From an uncultured Eubacteriales bacterium (GTDB lineage: Bacteria > Bacillota > Clostridia > Oscillospirales > Oscillospiraceae), in the NCBI GenBank assembly GCA_900319935.1, contig ONQJ01000006.1:94-64093 (forward strand): a stretch of 64,000 nucleotides of DNA, given 5' to 3'. How positions within the stretch are numbered: position 1 is the stretch's first letter; every line of letters begins with the position of its first letter. The notes under the pieces are model-generated. The model saw nothing but the letters and a program-made list of their open reading frames with translations, was not told the DNA's origin and searched no databases. Shown here one piece after another: positions 52,094 through 61,114 of this stretch. A program made the position numbers and the translations under genes.

Positions 52094-52516
52094 ATGGAGT
52101 ACGCCCGCTTTGACAATACGATCGCCGCGCGGATAGACCGTGGGGAAGAGATCCTCGAGGAGCTGAAAAAGATCGCTCTTGCGGAGGATATCCGCCTTGC
52201 TCATATCAGCGCGCTCGGCGCGGTGGGGGATTTCACCGTCGGCGTGTTCCACACGGCGGAGAAACAGTACCACGCCAGGCGCTTTACCGGCGACTGGGAG
52301 ATCGTATCACTCGTCGGCAACATCACGCGGATGAAGGGCGAGTATTACGCGCATCTGCACATGAGCGCCGGCGGAACGGACGGCTCCGTGGTCGGAGGAC
52401 ACCTCAACCGCGCGGTCGTCAGCGCGACCTGCGAAATGTTCATCACCGTTCTCAACGGGACGGTCGAGCGCCGTTTTGACGGCGATACCGGCTTGAATCT
52501 GTTTGAATTCATCTGA
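52094..52516 (+). CDS. PPC (DUF296) domain protein
   Basis: 140 aa. ISALGAV..FTVG......GN.....G....HLH is typical of PPC/DUF296 proteins. Confidence 0.8.
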   Translation: MEYARFDNTIAARIDRGEEILEELKKIALAEDIRLAHISALGAVGDFTVGVFHTAEKQYHARRFTGDWEIVSLVGNITRMKGEYYAHLHMSAGGTDGSVVGGHLNRAVVSATCEMFITVLNGTVERRFDGDTGLNLFEFI

Positions 52517-52541
52517 CAAACCAAAAGGAGGAACACTCGAA

Positions 52542-52676
52542 ATGAAGTATGTCTGCAATGTGTGCGGCTGGGTCTACGACGAGGAAGAGACCGGCGTGAA
52601 ATGGGAAGATCTTCCCGATGATTTCGCCTGCGAGCTCTGCGGCGCCGGCAAGGAAGATTTCAGCCCCGAGGAGTGA
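52542..52676 (+). CDS. rubredoxin (44 aa; absent from the supplied ORF track)
   Basis: ATG at 52542 follows AAAAGGAGGAAC. Translation [44 protein letters not shown] carries the two CxxCG knuckles. A strong terminator follows. Confidence 0.85.
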   Translation: MKYVCNVCGWVYDEEETGVKWEDLPDDFACELCGAGKEDFSPEE

Positions 52677-52688
52677 TCCCGCATCCAT

Positions 52689-52727
52689 AAAAAACGGCCG
52701 GAAGCCAGGCGCTTCCGGCCGTTTTTT
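52689..52727 (+). terminator. rho-independent terminator after rubredoxin
   Basis: AACGGCCGGAAGC-CAGGC-GCTTCCGGCCGTT followed by TTTTT. Confidence 0.85.
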
Positions 52728-52904
52728 CGTGGTCTTCGGACGGAACGCAGGCTTTTATTACAAAAGAAAGAAATAACGGTAAAATAAAAAAAGCGTGGCA
52801 TAATCGAAAAGCCTGTGCTATAATGTCAAACGGGATTATGGAAACAAAATTATGAAAACCTGAAAAGCGCTCTGAAACCGCAGATCAGAAAGGCAGGACA
52901 CGAA

Positions 52905-53684
52905 ATGGAGAAAAAAGAGAAAGAACCGCGCGGTTTTTACGTGGAAAAGGGCAGCTTTTTCGCACATGCTGCCGTAACGATCCTCGTGCTTTCCATGGCG
53001 GCCCGTCTGCTCGGAACGATGAACCTGTGGAACGGGGGAATGAACCAGCTTCTTATTCAGATCCTGCTGCCCGTCGGCAGCATGCTGCTGTTCATTCTCT
53101 TTATCCTGCTGCTCGGAAGGATCGCCCTCTGGTCCACGATCCTGCCTGTGCTGGGCGGTGCCGCGTTCTTTATCCTGTCCGTTTTTGAGCAGGGCCCCGG
53201 CTGGACGATGTTCATCTGCATCGCGCTGGCTTTCCTGGCGGCCTTCCTTTATACCGCCACGCTCTCGGGCATGATCCGCAGCAAATGGCTGCTTGTGCTC
53301 GCGTTTGCCCTTATCTTCGCGTATCAGATCGTGTTCCGCGCGATCCCCGTATTCGGCTCTGCGGTGGAGACCGTCAGCTTTATCGGCGGCATGACGCTGC
53401 TGTCCTCTTTGGGGATGGTCTTTGCCATGCTCTGCGCGTCGCTTGCGCTCCGCCGCAAGAAGAGACCCGAGCCGGAGCTGCCCAAGATCAAGGATCCCGT
53501 GGTCGTCAAGCCTGAAGAGCCCTCCGGCGCCGAGAACGCCGAGAGTGTGATCGAGACGGCGTCGGCCGAGGCTCCCACGGAAACTGCGCAGCTTGAGGCG
53601 GAACAGATCCCGGACGCTCCCGCTGCCGAAGTGGCGGCAGAAGAGACCGAAGCCGGGATCCCGGAGGAAGACAGCAGGGAGTAA
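52905..53684 (+). CDS. hypothetical polytopic membrane protein with acidic Pro/Glu/Ala-rich C-terminal tail
   Basis: 259 aa with about 6 hydrophobic spans. No family recognised. Confidence 0.65.
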   Translation: MEKKEKEPRGFYVEKGSFFAHAAVTILVLSMAARLLGTMNLWNGGMNQLLIQILLPVGSMLLFILFILLLGRIALWSTILPVLGGAAFFILSVFEQGPGWTMFICIALAFLAAFLYTATLSGMIRSKWLLVLAFALIFAYQIVFRAIPVFGSAVETVSFIGGMTLLSSLGMVFAMLCASLALRRKKRPEPELPKIKDPVVVKPEEPSGAENAESVIETASAEAPTETAQLEAEQIPDAPAAEVAAEETEAGIPEEDSRE

Positions 53685-53732
53685 GCCGGAAACAGTCTGC
53701 GGAAAGCATCGCCTTTCCATACAGGTACAGCT

Positions 53733-55670
53733 ATGAAAGAAACAGGAAGAACGGCCTCTTCCAAAGCCTTTACCGGAAAACACGAAAGCGCCCCGGGAAC
53801 GGGACGCCAGCCGTCCTATACGGGGCGTGAGCCGTCGTATACGGCGCGGCAGGCTTCGTACACGGCGCGGCAGAGCGCTGCGGCGAAGCAGCCGTCGGCA
53901 ACGGCAAGGCAGAGAGCGGTCGAACAAAAAAAGAAAAAAAACCAGAAGCGAACGCTGTACATCGTCTTTACGGCGCTTGCCGCCGCGCTGATCATCGTCG
54001 CGGCCTTCATTCTGAAGGGCGCGGCCGAGCAGCGCAGCTACAACACCTACTACGGCAACGCGCTGCAGGATTATTACAACGGCGATTACGACAGCGCCCT
54101 TGCCAGCTTGCGCCGCGCCTCCGCCATCACGGAGACGGAGGAGTGCAGCATGCTGATGGTCGACTGCTACGACAGACAGGAAAACTATCCGAAGGCGCTG
54201 GAGCTGCTTGAAAAGATGTACAAGCAGGACAAGACGAACACCGTCGTGTCCGCGCGCATCGCCGAGATCAAGCTGAAGGTCAGCGAAAAGAAAAACGAGT
54301 CTCTCGTCTCGGTCGCCGGCAGACAGTACGAGGAGTGGACGAGCTCTCTTTCCCTGAAGGACACGGCTTTGGGCGACGGGATCCTGAACGACGTCGTCAG
54401 GCTCTATTCCCTCACTTCGCTCACGCTCTCGGGAAACAGTCTGACGGATATCACGCCGCTCGCCTCCCTGGGCGGACTGGTCTTCCTCGACCTGTCGAAC
54501 AACTCGATCTCCGATCTTCGCCCGTTGGGGAATCTTCGGGAACTGAAGACCCTCTATCTAGACAACAATCCGATTACGGATTTTTCACCGCTTTACAGCC
54601 TTCCCCAGCTTGAGATGCTCTCGATCCGGGGTATCGCCATTACGGACGAGCAGCTGCGCGGCCTCTCCGAAGCGCTTCCCAGCTGCAAGATCCACAGCGA
54701 GACCGCGGACGAGACCGCCAGCGAGGTCACGGTCGGCACGCTGTCGTTCAGGACCGATGCGACCGAACTGGATCTGAGCAACATGGATATCTCGGATCTG
54801 TCTCCGCTCACGGTCTGCAAGGGGCTGAAGAAACTGGACATCACCGGCAACCACGTCTCCGATCTGACGCCGCTGATGGATCTGACGGAGCTCGAGTGGC
54901 TCTCTTTCAAGGACAATACCGTCACGGATCTGCGTCCGCTGATGGGAATGCGCTCGCTGCATTACATCAACGCCGAGGGCAACGGCATCACCGGCACGAC
55001 GGCCCTGGCCACGCTTACCGACCTGAACGAACTGTATCTTGCCTTCAATCAGCTTGAAGATCTCTCCGGACTGCACGGCCTTGTCAACCTGCGCAGGCTC
55101 GGACTTGAAAGCACGGGCTTGAACGACGAAAAACTGAGCGAGCTTTCGTCCATGAGCAGCCTGGACGTCCTGCTCCTGTATGACAACCCCGAGCTCACGG
55201 GCGAAGCGGTCGACACGCTCAAAGCGCAGCTCCGCGGCTGTACGATCCAGCACTCCGAGCTCATTTATTACATCGATATCTGCGGTGAGCGCGTGAAAGA
55301 GGACGCGACGGAACTGGAACTCTTCGGCCGCGGCATCAAGGACATCAGCGCGGTGCCTCTGCTGAAAAAGCTTGAAAAGATCGACCTCGGAGCAAACGAG
55401 ATCGAAAACATCTATCCCTTCCAGTACATGAGCGCCCCGCTGCGCGAGCTGAGGATAGCCAACAACAACATCTCGGACGGAACGGCGCTGATGTACCTCA
55501 ATTCGCTCGAGCTTCTGGATATCTCCGGCAACAGGCTCAGCTCCGTATCTCCGCTCATGCAGATCTCCACGCTCAAGTGGCTGAAGCTCACGGGCAATCC
55601 GCTCACGGAAGAGCAGGTCGCGGAGCTTCGTGCGGCGCTGCCGGACTGCGAGATCATTTTCGAAGGATAA
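53733..55670 (+). CDS. membrane-anchored TPR plus leucine-rich repeat (internalin-like LRR) protein
   Basis: 645 aa. N-terminal 7-aa tandem repeats (QPSYTGR/EPSYTAR/QASYTAR), one TM helix, and a TPR-like region. More than 15 LRR units of about 22 aa follow (L.L..N.I.D..PL..L..L). Confidence 0.85.
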   Translation: MKETGRTASSKAFTGKHESAPGTGRQPSYTGREPSYTARQASYTARQSAAAKQPSATARQRAVEQKKKKNQKRTLYIVFTALAAALIIVAAFILKGAAEQRSYNTYYGNALQDYYNGDYDSALASLRRASAITETEECSMLMVDCYDRQENYPKALELLEKMYKQDKTNTVVSARIAEIKLKVSEKKNESLVSVAGRQYEEWTSSLSLKDTALGDGILNDVVRLYSLTSLTLSGNSLTDITPLASLGGLVFLDLSNNSISDLRPLGNLRELKTLYLDNNPITDFSPLYSLPQLEMLSIRGIAITDEQLRGLSEALPSCKIHSETADETASEVTVGTLSFRTDATELDLSNMDISDLSPLTVCKGLKKLDITGNHVSDLTPLMDLTELEWLSFKDNTVTDLRPLMGMRSLHYINAEGNGITGTTALATLTDLNELYLAFNQLEDLSGLHGLVNLRRLGLESTGLNDEKLSELSSMSSLDVLLLYDNPELTGEAVDTLKAQLRGCTIQHSELIYYIDICGERVKEDATELELFGRGIKDISAVPLLKKLEKIDLGANEIENIYPFQYMSAPLRELRIANNNISDGTALMYLNSLELLDISGNRLSSVSPLMQISTLKWLKLTGNPLTEEQVAELRAALPDCEIIFEG

Positions 55671-55731
55671 AACCGGGATCAGAAAAAAACCGCTTTTGGC
55701 CGAAGCCAAAAGCGGTTTTGTCGTATATGGA

Positions 55732-56166
55732 TCAGTTTGTGCCCGAGGAGCCGAAGCCGCCCTCGCCGCGGTCGCTCTCGGCAAGAGAGGAAGCCTCGAC
55801 GAAGCGCGCCTGCAGGACGGGGGAAATGATCATCTGCGCGATACGCATTCCGGCGGTAATGGTAAAATCTTCGTTCCCGTGGTTGATCAGGATCACCTTG
55901 ATCTCTCCGCGATAGCCCGCGTCGATCGTTCCGGGAGCGTTCAGGACCGTCACGCCGTACTTCGCCGCCAGGCCGCTGCGCGGGCGTACCTGGGCTTCGA
56001 AGCCGTCGGGCAGTTCGATGGAGATCGCCGTAGGCACGCAGCCGAAACAGTGAGCCTTGAGAAGGAAGTCCTCGGAGGCATAGAGATCGAAGCCCGCGTC
56101 ATCCTCATGTGCCTTCTGCGGAATATGCGCGCCGCCGCGCAGGGGGATAAATTTGATCTCGATCAT
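55732..56166 (-). CDS. dut: dUTP diphosphatase
   Basis: 144 aa. Motifs AGFDL, PRSG, GTIDAGYRGE and ERGEGGFGSSG are present. Confidence 0.95.
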   Translation of the reverse strand: MIEIKFIPLRGGAHIPQKAHEDDAGFDLYASEDFLLKAHCFGCVPTAISIELPDGFEAQVRPRSGLAAKYGVTVLNAPGTIDAGYRGEIKVILINHGNEDFTITAGMRIAQMIISPVLQARFVEASSLAESDRGEGGFGSSGTN

Positions 56167-56379
56167 CGTCAGCGCCTCCTTTTTTTGAAAATTATAATCC
56201 CATTCTCCGAGATCTTCAAGATGGCGGATCGTATTTTGTTTTATTCGCAGAGGAGCGGCCCCGTTTTACGGCGCGGAGCGGGGCCGTTTCTTAATTTCCG
56301 CAAAAGGGGATGACAAATAATGGATAATGTGTTATGATCGGCCTGCGAATACTTCAAATTTTTTATACATAGAAAGGGC

Positions 56380-57267
56380 ATGGATATGCAGGACTACATC
56401 ATCGCGACATCGTCCACCTCCGATTTGACGAGGTCTTATCTGGAAGAACACCGGATACCGTTCATCCCCTATACCTACACGGTTGCGGATCAGCTTTTCG
56501 AGGACGATTGCCGCGAAGAGACGCGCGAGAGCGTCTACAAAGGGATGCGCGCGGGCGACAGGCTGAAGACCTCCATGATCAACGAGTTCATCTACTGCGA
56601 CTTTTTCCGCTCGCTGCTGGAGACGGGAAAGGACGTCATCTTTCTCGACATGTCGCAGAAGATGTCCGTCTCCTATGAAAAATCAAGACTTGCGGAAGAG
56701 ATGCTCAAAGGCGAGTTTCCGAATCGGCGGCTGTACATCATGGACACGCGCTGCATCTCCGGCGGCCTTGGCCTGCTCGTCAAGAACATGGTCGCGCGTA
56801 TGGAGCAGGGGATGAGCTTCGACGAGGTGATCGCCTGGGGCGAGGCAAACAAGCTCAGGATCGCGCACCGCTTTACCGTGGACGATCTGAATTACCTCAA
56901 GGCGGGCGGACGCGTGTCCAACTCCGCGGCGCTGGTGGGCTCGCTGCTGTCGGTCAAGCCCGTGCTGTACGTGCCGGACCGCGGAACGCTGGACGTTGCC
57001 AAAAAGGTCCGGGGACGCCGGGCCGCGCTGGCGGAGATCCTGCGGGGCGTGAAGGAAGACCTTTCCGAGATCGATCCGAGCGGGATGGAGATCAACATCC
57101 TGCAGGCGGACTGCCGCGCGGACGCCGAATATCTCCGCGATGAGATCAGGAAAGCTTTTCCGTCGGTCGGCGAGATCACGATCACCGGTCTCGGCGTCGT
57201 CATCGGCGCGCACTGCGGTCCCGGCCTTCTGACGATCTTTTATCTCTGCAACGGCCGCAAACCATGA
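56380..57267 (+). CDS. DegV family fatty-acid-binding protein
   Basis: 295 aa. Typical DegV pattern (IIATSSTSDL...TSMIN...GGRVS). The start may be the ATG 2 codons downstream. Confidence 0.85.
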   Translation: MDMQDYIIATSSTSDLTRSYLEEHRIPFIPYTYTVADQLFEDDCREETRESVYKGMRAGDRLKTSMINEFIYCDFFRSLLETGKDVIFLDMSQKMSVSYEKSRLAEEMLKGEFPNRRLYIMDTRCISGGLGLLVKNMVARMEQGMSFDEVIAWGEANKLRIAHRFTVDDLNYLKAGGRVSNSAALVGSLLSVKPVLYVPDRGTLDVAKKVRGRRAALAEILRGVKEDLSEIDPSGMEINILQADCRADAEYLRDEIRKAFPSVGEITITGLGVVIGAHCGPGLLTIFYLCNGRKP

Positions 57268-57310
57268 AAAATCAAGCTTTTCCGGCGTGAGAAAAACACG
57301 AAAAAAAGTG

Positions 57311-57339
57311 TTGACTTTTCTCAACCCGTCTGCTATTAT
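57311..57339 (+). promoter_or_regulatory. sigma-A type promoter of the tRNA-Ala gene
   Basis: TTGACT at 57311-57316, 17-nt spacer, TATTAT at 57334-57339. It lies about 35 nt upstream of the tRNA 5' end. Confidence 0.55.
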
Positions 57340-57373
57340 ACTTCTTGCGCTGAGGCGCAGACAGTTCACAGAT

Positions 57374-57449
<76 letters not shown>

Positions 57450-57450
57450 G

Positions 57451-57487
57451 AAAAGTCCTGAAATCGTAAGATTTCAGGACTTTTTCG
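57451..57487 (+). terminator. rho-independent terminator after the tRNA; overlaps the 3' end of the integrase gene
   Basis: 15-bp stem AAAAGTCCTGAAATC-GTAA-GATTTCAGGACTTTT. The integrase stop codon (57474-57476) lies in the right arm. Confidence 0.7.
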
Positions 57488-58640
57488 TACTAAACGCCTT
57501 GTTGAACGCCTCTACCGCCTTCTGCTTGACCGGTGACTGCACATGCAGATAGTGCTGTGTCATGTCCAAATCCGCATGCCCCACCATGCTCTGGATGGTC
57601 GCCAGATCCACGCCCAGCGCCTGCATCTGCGACACGTAGGTATGGCGGCAGGAATGCGGCGTCAGCACGCGAACATCCCCCAGCGCCTCGATATAGTCCT
57701 TGAATTTCTCCCGGTACATCTTGGGATCGAAGGGCTGCTCCTTCTTCGGCGATTGGAAAACGTAGGTGTCCTTTGTGCTGCGCAGACCGATCACGATGGG
57801 CCGCAGGCCCTCCGGTACGGGCACATCCCGCACACTGTCTCTGGATTTCGGCACACCGATCTCCACTCTCCCGGACACTGTCTTCACCGCCTGCCGGATA
57901 TGGATCGCTGAGCCGTCCTCCTCGATCAGCCTTGGCTCCAGCGCCAAAAGCTCCTGCATACGGATCCCGGTGCCCAGCATCAGCCGGATGCTGTCTCCGT
58001 ACTTGTCGTGTGGAAGCCCCTCCATCATCCGTTTTACCTCTTCCGCGGTAAAGGCTTCCTTGGCCTCCATGGGCTTGTTGGCCTTCATCTTTTCCGCGCA
58101 GGCCACCGGATTTCGCCGGATCAGCTCATTGGCCTCGGCCTTGTTCATGATCTGGAACAGCATGCCTCGGGCCTTGGCCACATAGCTGTCGGACTTGCCC
58201 TCCTTCCGGAGCTCCCGCAGCAGGTCTTCGATGTCCATCGCCTTGATGGTATTGACCGGCCGGTCGCCGATCTTCTCCTTCAGCGTCGCCAGCGTGTACT
58301 TGTAGCTCTGCTGCGTCGTCTTGGAGATGCTGTCCTTGTGACCCTCATACCAGGTGTCCGCCCATTGGGAGAACAGGATATCCGGCTGCACCAGGGGCCG
58401 CTCGTCCAGGGTGATGAGCCCGGCCTCCAGCTTTTGCTTGAAGTCGTGCATCTTGTCCAGCGCTTCCTTCCGGGTCCTGCCGTAAAAGGACTTTCGTCTT
58501 CTTCGGCCATCCTTCTGGAAGCCGAACATGATGGAGCACTCCCAGCGCCCATCTTTTCTTTTGTTGATACTGCCTTCGCCGTTACAGCGTTTCTTTGCCA
58601 AAATAACTCCTTTCCTCAGAGCATTGTGTTTCTCATTCAA
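57474..58640 (-). CDS. tyrosine-type site-specific integrase
   Basis: 388 aa. The C-terminal catalytic region shows HSCRHTYVSQM...VGHADLDMTQHYLHV (R..H..R..Y signature). Confidence 0.9.
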   Translation of the reverse strand: MNEKHNALRKGVILAKKRCNGEGSINKRKDGRWECSIMFGFQKDGRRRRKSFYGRTRKEALDKMHDFKQKLEAGLITLDERPLVQPDILFSQWADTWYEGHKDSISKTTQQSYKYTLATLKEKIGDRPVNTIKAMDIEDLLRELRKEGKSDSYVAKARGMLFQIMNKAEANELIRRNPVACAEKMKANKPMEAKEAFTAEEVKRMMEGLPHDKYGDSIRLMLGTGIRMQELLALEPRLIEEDGSAIHIRQAVKTVSGRVEIGVPKSRDSVRDVPVPEGLRPIVIGLRSTKDTYVFQSPKKEQPFDPKMYREKFKDYIEALGDVRVLTPHSCRHTYVSQMQALGVDLATIQSMVGHADLDMTQHYLHVQSPVKQKAVEAFNKAFSTKKS

Positions 58641-58830
58641 GCTGATCGTCCATCCACTGGAGCAGCTTTTCCTTCGGCACTACGAGACGCCGTCCAATGT
58701 GAATCGTGGGAAAGCCCTCACTGTGCATCAGCGTGTACGCGGAGTTCTTGGCAATGCCAAGGATCTCCGCCACCTGCTGGGCGTTCAAGGTATAGGGCAT
58801 GCGATCAATGTCGGCATTCGTCATCGGCAT
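58633..58830 (-). CDS. excisionase-family HTH protein (Xis)
   Basis: 65 aa. YTLNAQQVAEILGIAKNSAYTLMHSEGFPTIHIGRRLVVPKEKLLQWM matches the MerR-like excisionase pattern. It overlaps the integrase start. Confidence 0.8.
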   Translation of the reverse strand: MPMTNADIDRMPYTLNAQQVAEILGIAKNSAYTLMHSEGFPTIHIGRRLVVPKEKLLQWMDDQLE

Positions 58831-59047
58831 CCCCTCGCTTTCTGGGTACCCATTTCAGCTCGTACCCGATCACGTCGGCCAGCTCCACGACTTCCCGGTA
58901 GCGCAGCGAATTCCGCTGCAGCTTGTTGGAGAAGTTGGAGGCGGAATCGCTCCAGCCGTACTGCCGATGGAGCCGATCCAAGGTCTCCTGCATGGTGAGG
59001 CCTGCGCCGATGATCCTTGCTTTGATCTCGTTTCTTGTGGTATTCAT
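58805..59047 (-). CDS. small HTH DNA-binding protein (Cro/XRE-like)
   Basis: 80 aa. IKARIIGAGLTMQETLDRL...SNKLQRNSLRYREVVELADVIGYEL is HTH-like. It is the first gene of the HTH-xis-int string. Confidence 0.6.
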   Translation of the reverse strand: MNTTRNEIKARIIGAGLTMQETLDRLHRQYGWSDSASNFSNKLQRNSLRYREVVELADVIGYELKWVPRKRGDADDECRH

Positions 59048-59091
59048 GGTAATAATCCTTCTTTCTTAAAAATAGTAATGGAGTTCAAAAG

Positions 59092-59111
59092 ATCTGTACG
59101 TACGTACAGAT
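59092..59111. repeat. perfect 20-bp palindrome (candidate operator)
   Basis: ATCTGTACGT|ACGTACAGAT, located 45 nt upstream of the start of the small HTH gene. Confidence 0.8.
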
Positions 59112-59159
59112 GATTCTGACTCCTGGATAAAAATGAAGGGCAATCAACATGACCGCCCA

Positions 59160-60530
59160 TTAGCGTGCGTCTCGATCAGGGCTCTTACGGGCAAGCTTAC
59201 GCTGCTGCTTTTGCAGGTTCTCCTCGTTCCAGATCTCCCGGACGCGCCCTTCGATATAGTCCTTTCCGTAGGAACGGCAGAGCGTGTCGTATTTCTCGAC
59301 CGTCACGGTCTTCTCCGCGTTTTCCTCGATCATATGGTCGACCGTGGCCTCCAGGGTGGCGACCCGGCCCAGCGCGCGCTCCAGTTCTTTCTTCAGATTG
59401 TTGTAAGCGCGCTTTAGATCCTGGTAGGCCTCATAGATGGCTAGGTAAACCTTCTGGAACTTCCGCATGGCGGGCTTAGCCTTATGCTCCCGGTAGGCTT
59501 TTGCCGTCTCCAGCACATCCGGCTGGGGAAGCCGCTCTTCCTCGTCGTAGGCATATTTGCGCGCCTGCTCTTCCAGGTTTTTTACCTTCGGAACGATTTC
59601 GTTCACCCGGGCCTGGGCAGCGTCCGCCTGCTCATTGAGCTGGGCGATGCTGTCCTGCTTCTGCTTCTCCTCTTCGGCCAGCTTTTCCAGATCGTCCAGT
59701 GCCTCGACTCTGGCCGCGGAGAGATCCGCAAGCCGCTGTTTTTCCTGTTCTACCTTGAACTGGGTCACCGTCAGATGCTCTTCCGTGCTGCCGCGCTCGC
59801 CGCGCTGAAGGTCCGTGTACCCGGCCCCGATCATGTGCTCATAGAAATCGTCCTGCAGGACGGAGTAGGATTTCTTCAGTATCTTCTTCCCGCTGGCGGT
59901 GAGCATCGGCTCGCCGTGATCGTCCAGCATCTGCTTGGAGTCCCACTTCTTGCTCCGGCTGACCTGCATGACCGTCTCCTTGACCGTTCCGACCAGAGCC
60001 GGGTCCTTACATCGCTTTGACCAGAGAATTTGCTTCTCCACCACCGGGACATAGACCACATGCAGATGGTAGTGGTAGATATCCTCACCCAGCGCCTCGG
60101 ACATGGCCCGGTTCCGCTCATCCGCGTGCATGACGGCGGAGAGGATAAACTGCTCGCCTCCGACGATCTTCACCGCGGCTTCATAAGCGTCGGCATAGAA
60201 TTGCTTGGCAAACTCGTAGCCGCCGTTGTTGTAGAAATAGGCGGAGTTCACGTCAAAGATCAGCTCGCAGAATTTCGTGGAGTCCGGCTTCTGGCCCCAG
60301 GTGGAGATGACCTTCTGCTGTTCCAATTCTTTGAACATGTCTTCGTAGGAGCCGGTCGGCTCTTTGAAATGAACATTGAACGGGGTACGCTCCGGGACAA
60401 TATCCGGGTTGGAGTAAATTTCCTTCTGACGTTCGTTGTGGGCCTGAGCGCCTTTGATGGTGTCGCTCTTTTTCAGATCGCGATTTCTGGCGACGGTGCG
60501 ATCGATTCCGTCATTTCTTGCCATGGGCAA
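59160..60530 (-). CDS. MobV family relaxase (Mob/Pre plasmid recombination enzyme)
   Basis: 456 aa. The N-terminus shows KGAQAHNER (HxxR) and AVMHADE...YHYHLHVVYVP (HxDE...HxH). The C-terminal half is rich in coiled-coil sequence. Confidence 0.85.
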   Translation of the reverse strand: MPMARNDGIDRTVARNRDLKKSDTIKGAQAHNERQKEIYSNPDIVPERTPFNVHFKEPTGSYEDMFKELEQQKVISTWGQKPDSTKFCELIFDVNSAYFYNNGGYEFAKQFYADAYEAAVKIVGGEQFILSAVMHADERNRAMSEALGEDIYHYHLHVVYVPVVEKQILWSKRCKDPALVGTVKETVMQVSRSKKWDSKQMLDDHGEPMLTASGKKILKKSYSVLQDDFYEHMIGAGYTDLQRGERGSTEEHLTVTQFKVEQEKQRLADLSAARVEALDDLEKLAEEEKQKQDSIAQLNEQADAAQARVNEIVPKVKNLEEQARKYAYDEEERLPQPDVLETAKAYREHKAKPAMRKFQKVYLAIYEAYQDLKRAYNNLKKELERALGRVATLEATVDHMIEENAEKTVTVEKYDTLCRSYGKDYIEGRVREIWNEENLQKQQRKLARKSPDRDAR

Positions 60531-60727
60531 CGCCTCCTTTTTCTTTTTTTGAGAACCGTTTGGGTTCCGGGGATCACTTCTGCGGAAGTGTAATAACCCA
60601 CTATGGTACTTTCATCCACAGGCTGCAAAGTACCATTCATCGTGGGCTCTGCCGAGAGCACAGGGGAAACAGCTTTTCCCCTGTACCCCTTCGCCGGATC
60701 GCCGCCTCATCCGTGCCGCCGATCCAT

Positions 60728-60777
60728 GCTTTCAAATTGATAGCACCGCATGATGAGCGTGCTATCATTTTGAAAGC
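60728..60777. repeat. 19-bp inverted repeat with 12-nt loop (candidate oriT or partition/regulatory site)
   Basis: GCTTTCAAATTGATAGCAC-cgcatgatgagc-GTGCTATCATTTTGAAAGC, 18 of 19 positions complementary. No flanking T-run on either strand, so it is not an intrinsic terminator. Confidence 0.7.
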
Positions 60778-60778
60778 A

Positions 60779-61114
60779 TCAAAAGCTGTTGGCAAAATCC
60801 AGAATGTCGGCAGGGATTTCCTCCCCTGCCTCCATCGTGGATTCCGGGCTCTCGCCCTCCGGAAGCACAAAAAGCCGCTGGGTACACATCTCCCGGCAGA
60901 GCTCCTCTGCCAGGGCGCGTACATCCAGCGGCTTTTCGTTTGCCTCCTGCGCCATCAGCTTTCGCAGACCTTCAATCAGGAAGGCGTTCATGGAGAGCGT
61001 CTGCGATTCGCTCTTTTCATGCAGCCATTTCCAGATCTCCCGGTCTGTCTTACGGGAGAGATCGAAGCGGAGAAGCAGCGTCTTCTCGTTCTTCCTCATG
61101 ATCACATCACGCAT
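60779..61114 (-). CDS. ParR-like partition adaptor (putative ribbon-helix-helix)
   Basis: 111 aa. Overlaps the parM-like stop by 8 nt. The N-terminal KTLLLRFDLSRKTDREIWKWL fits an RHH beta-strand/helix pattern. The function is inferred mainly from its position after ParM. Confidence 0.5.
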   Translation of the reverse strand: MRDVIMRKNEKTLLLRFDLSRKTDREIWKWLHEKSESQTLSMNAFLIEGLRKLMAQEANEKPLDVRALAEELCREMCTQRLFVLPEGESPESTMEAGEEIPADILDFANSF

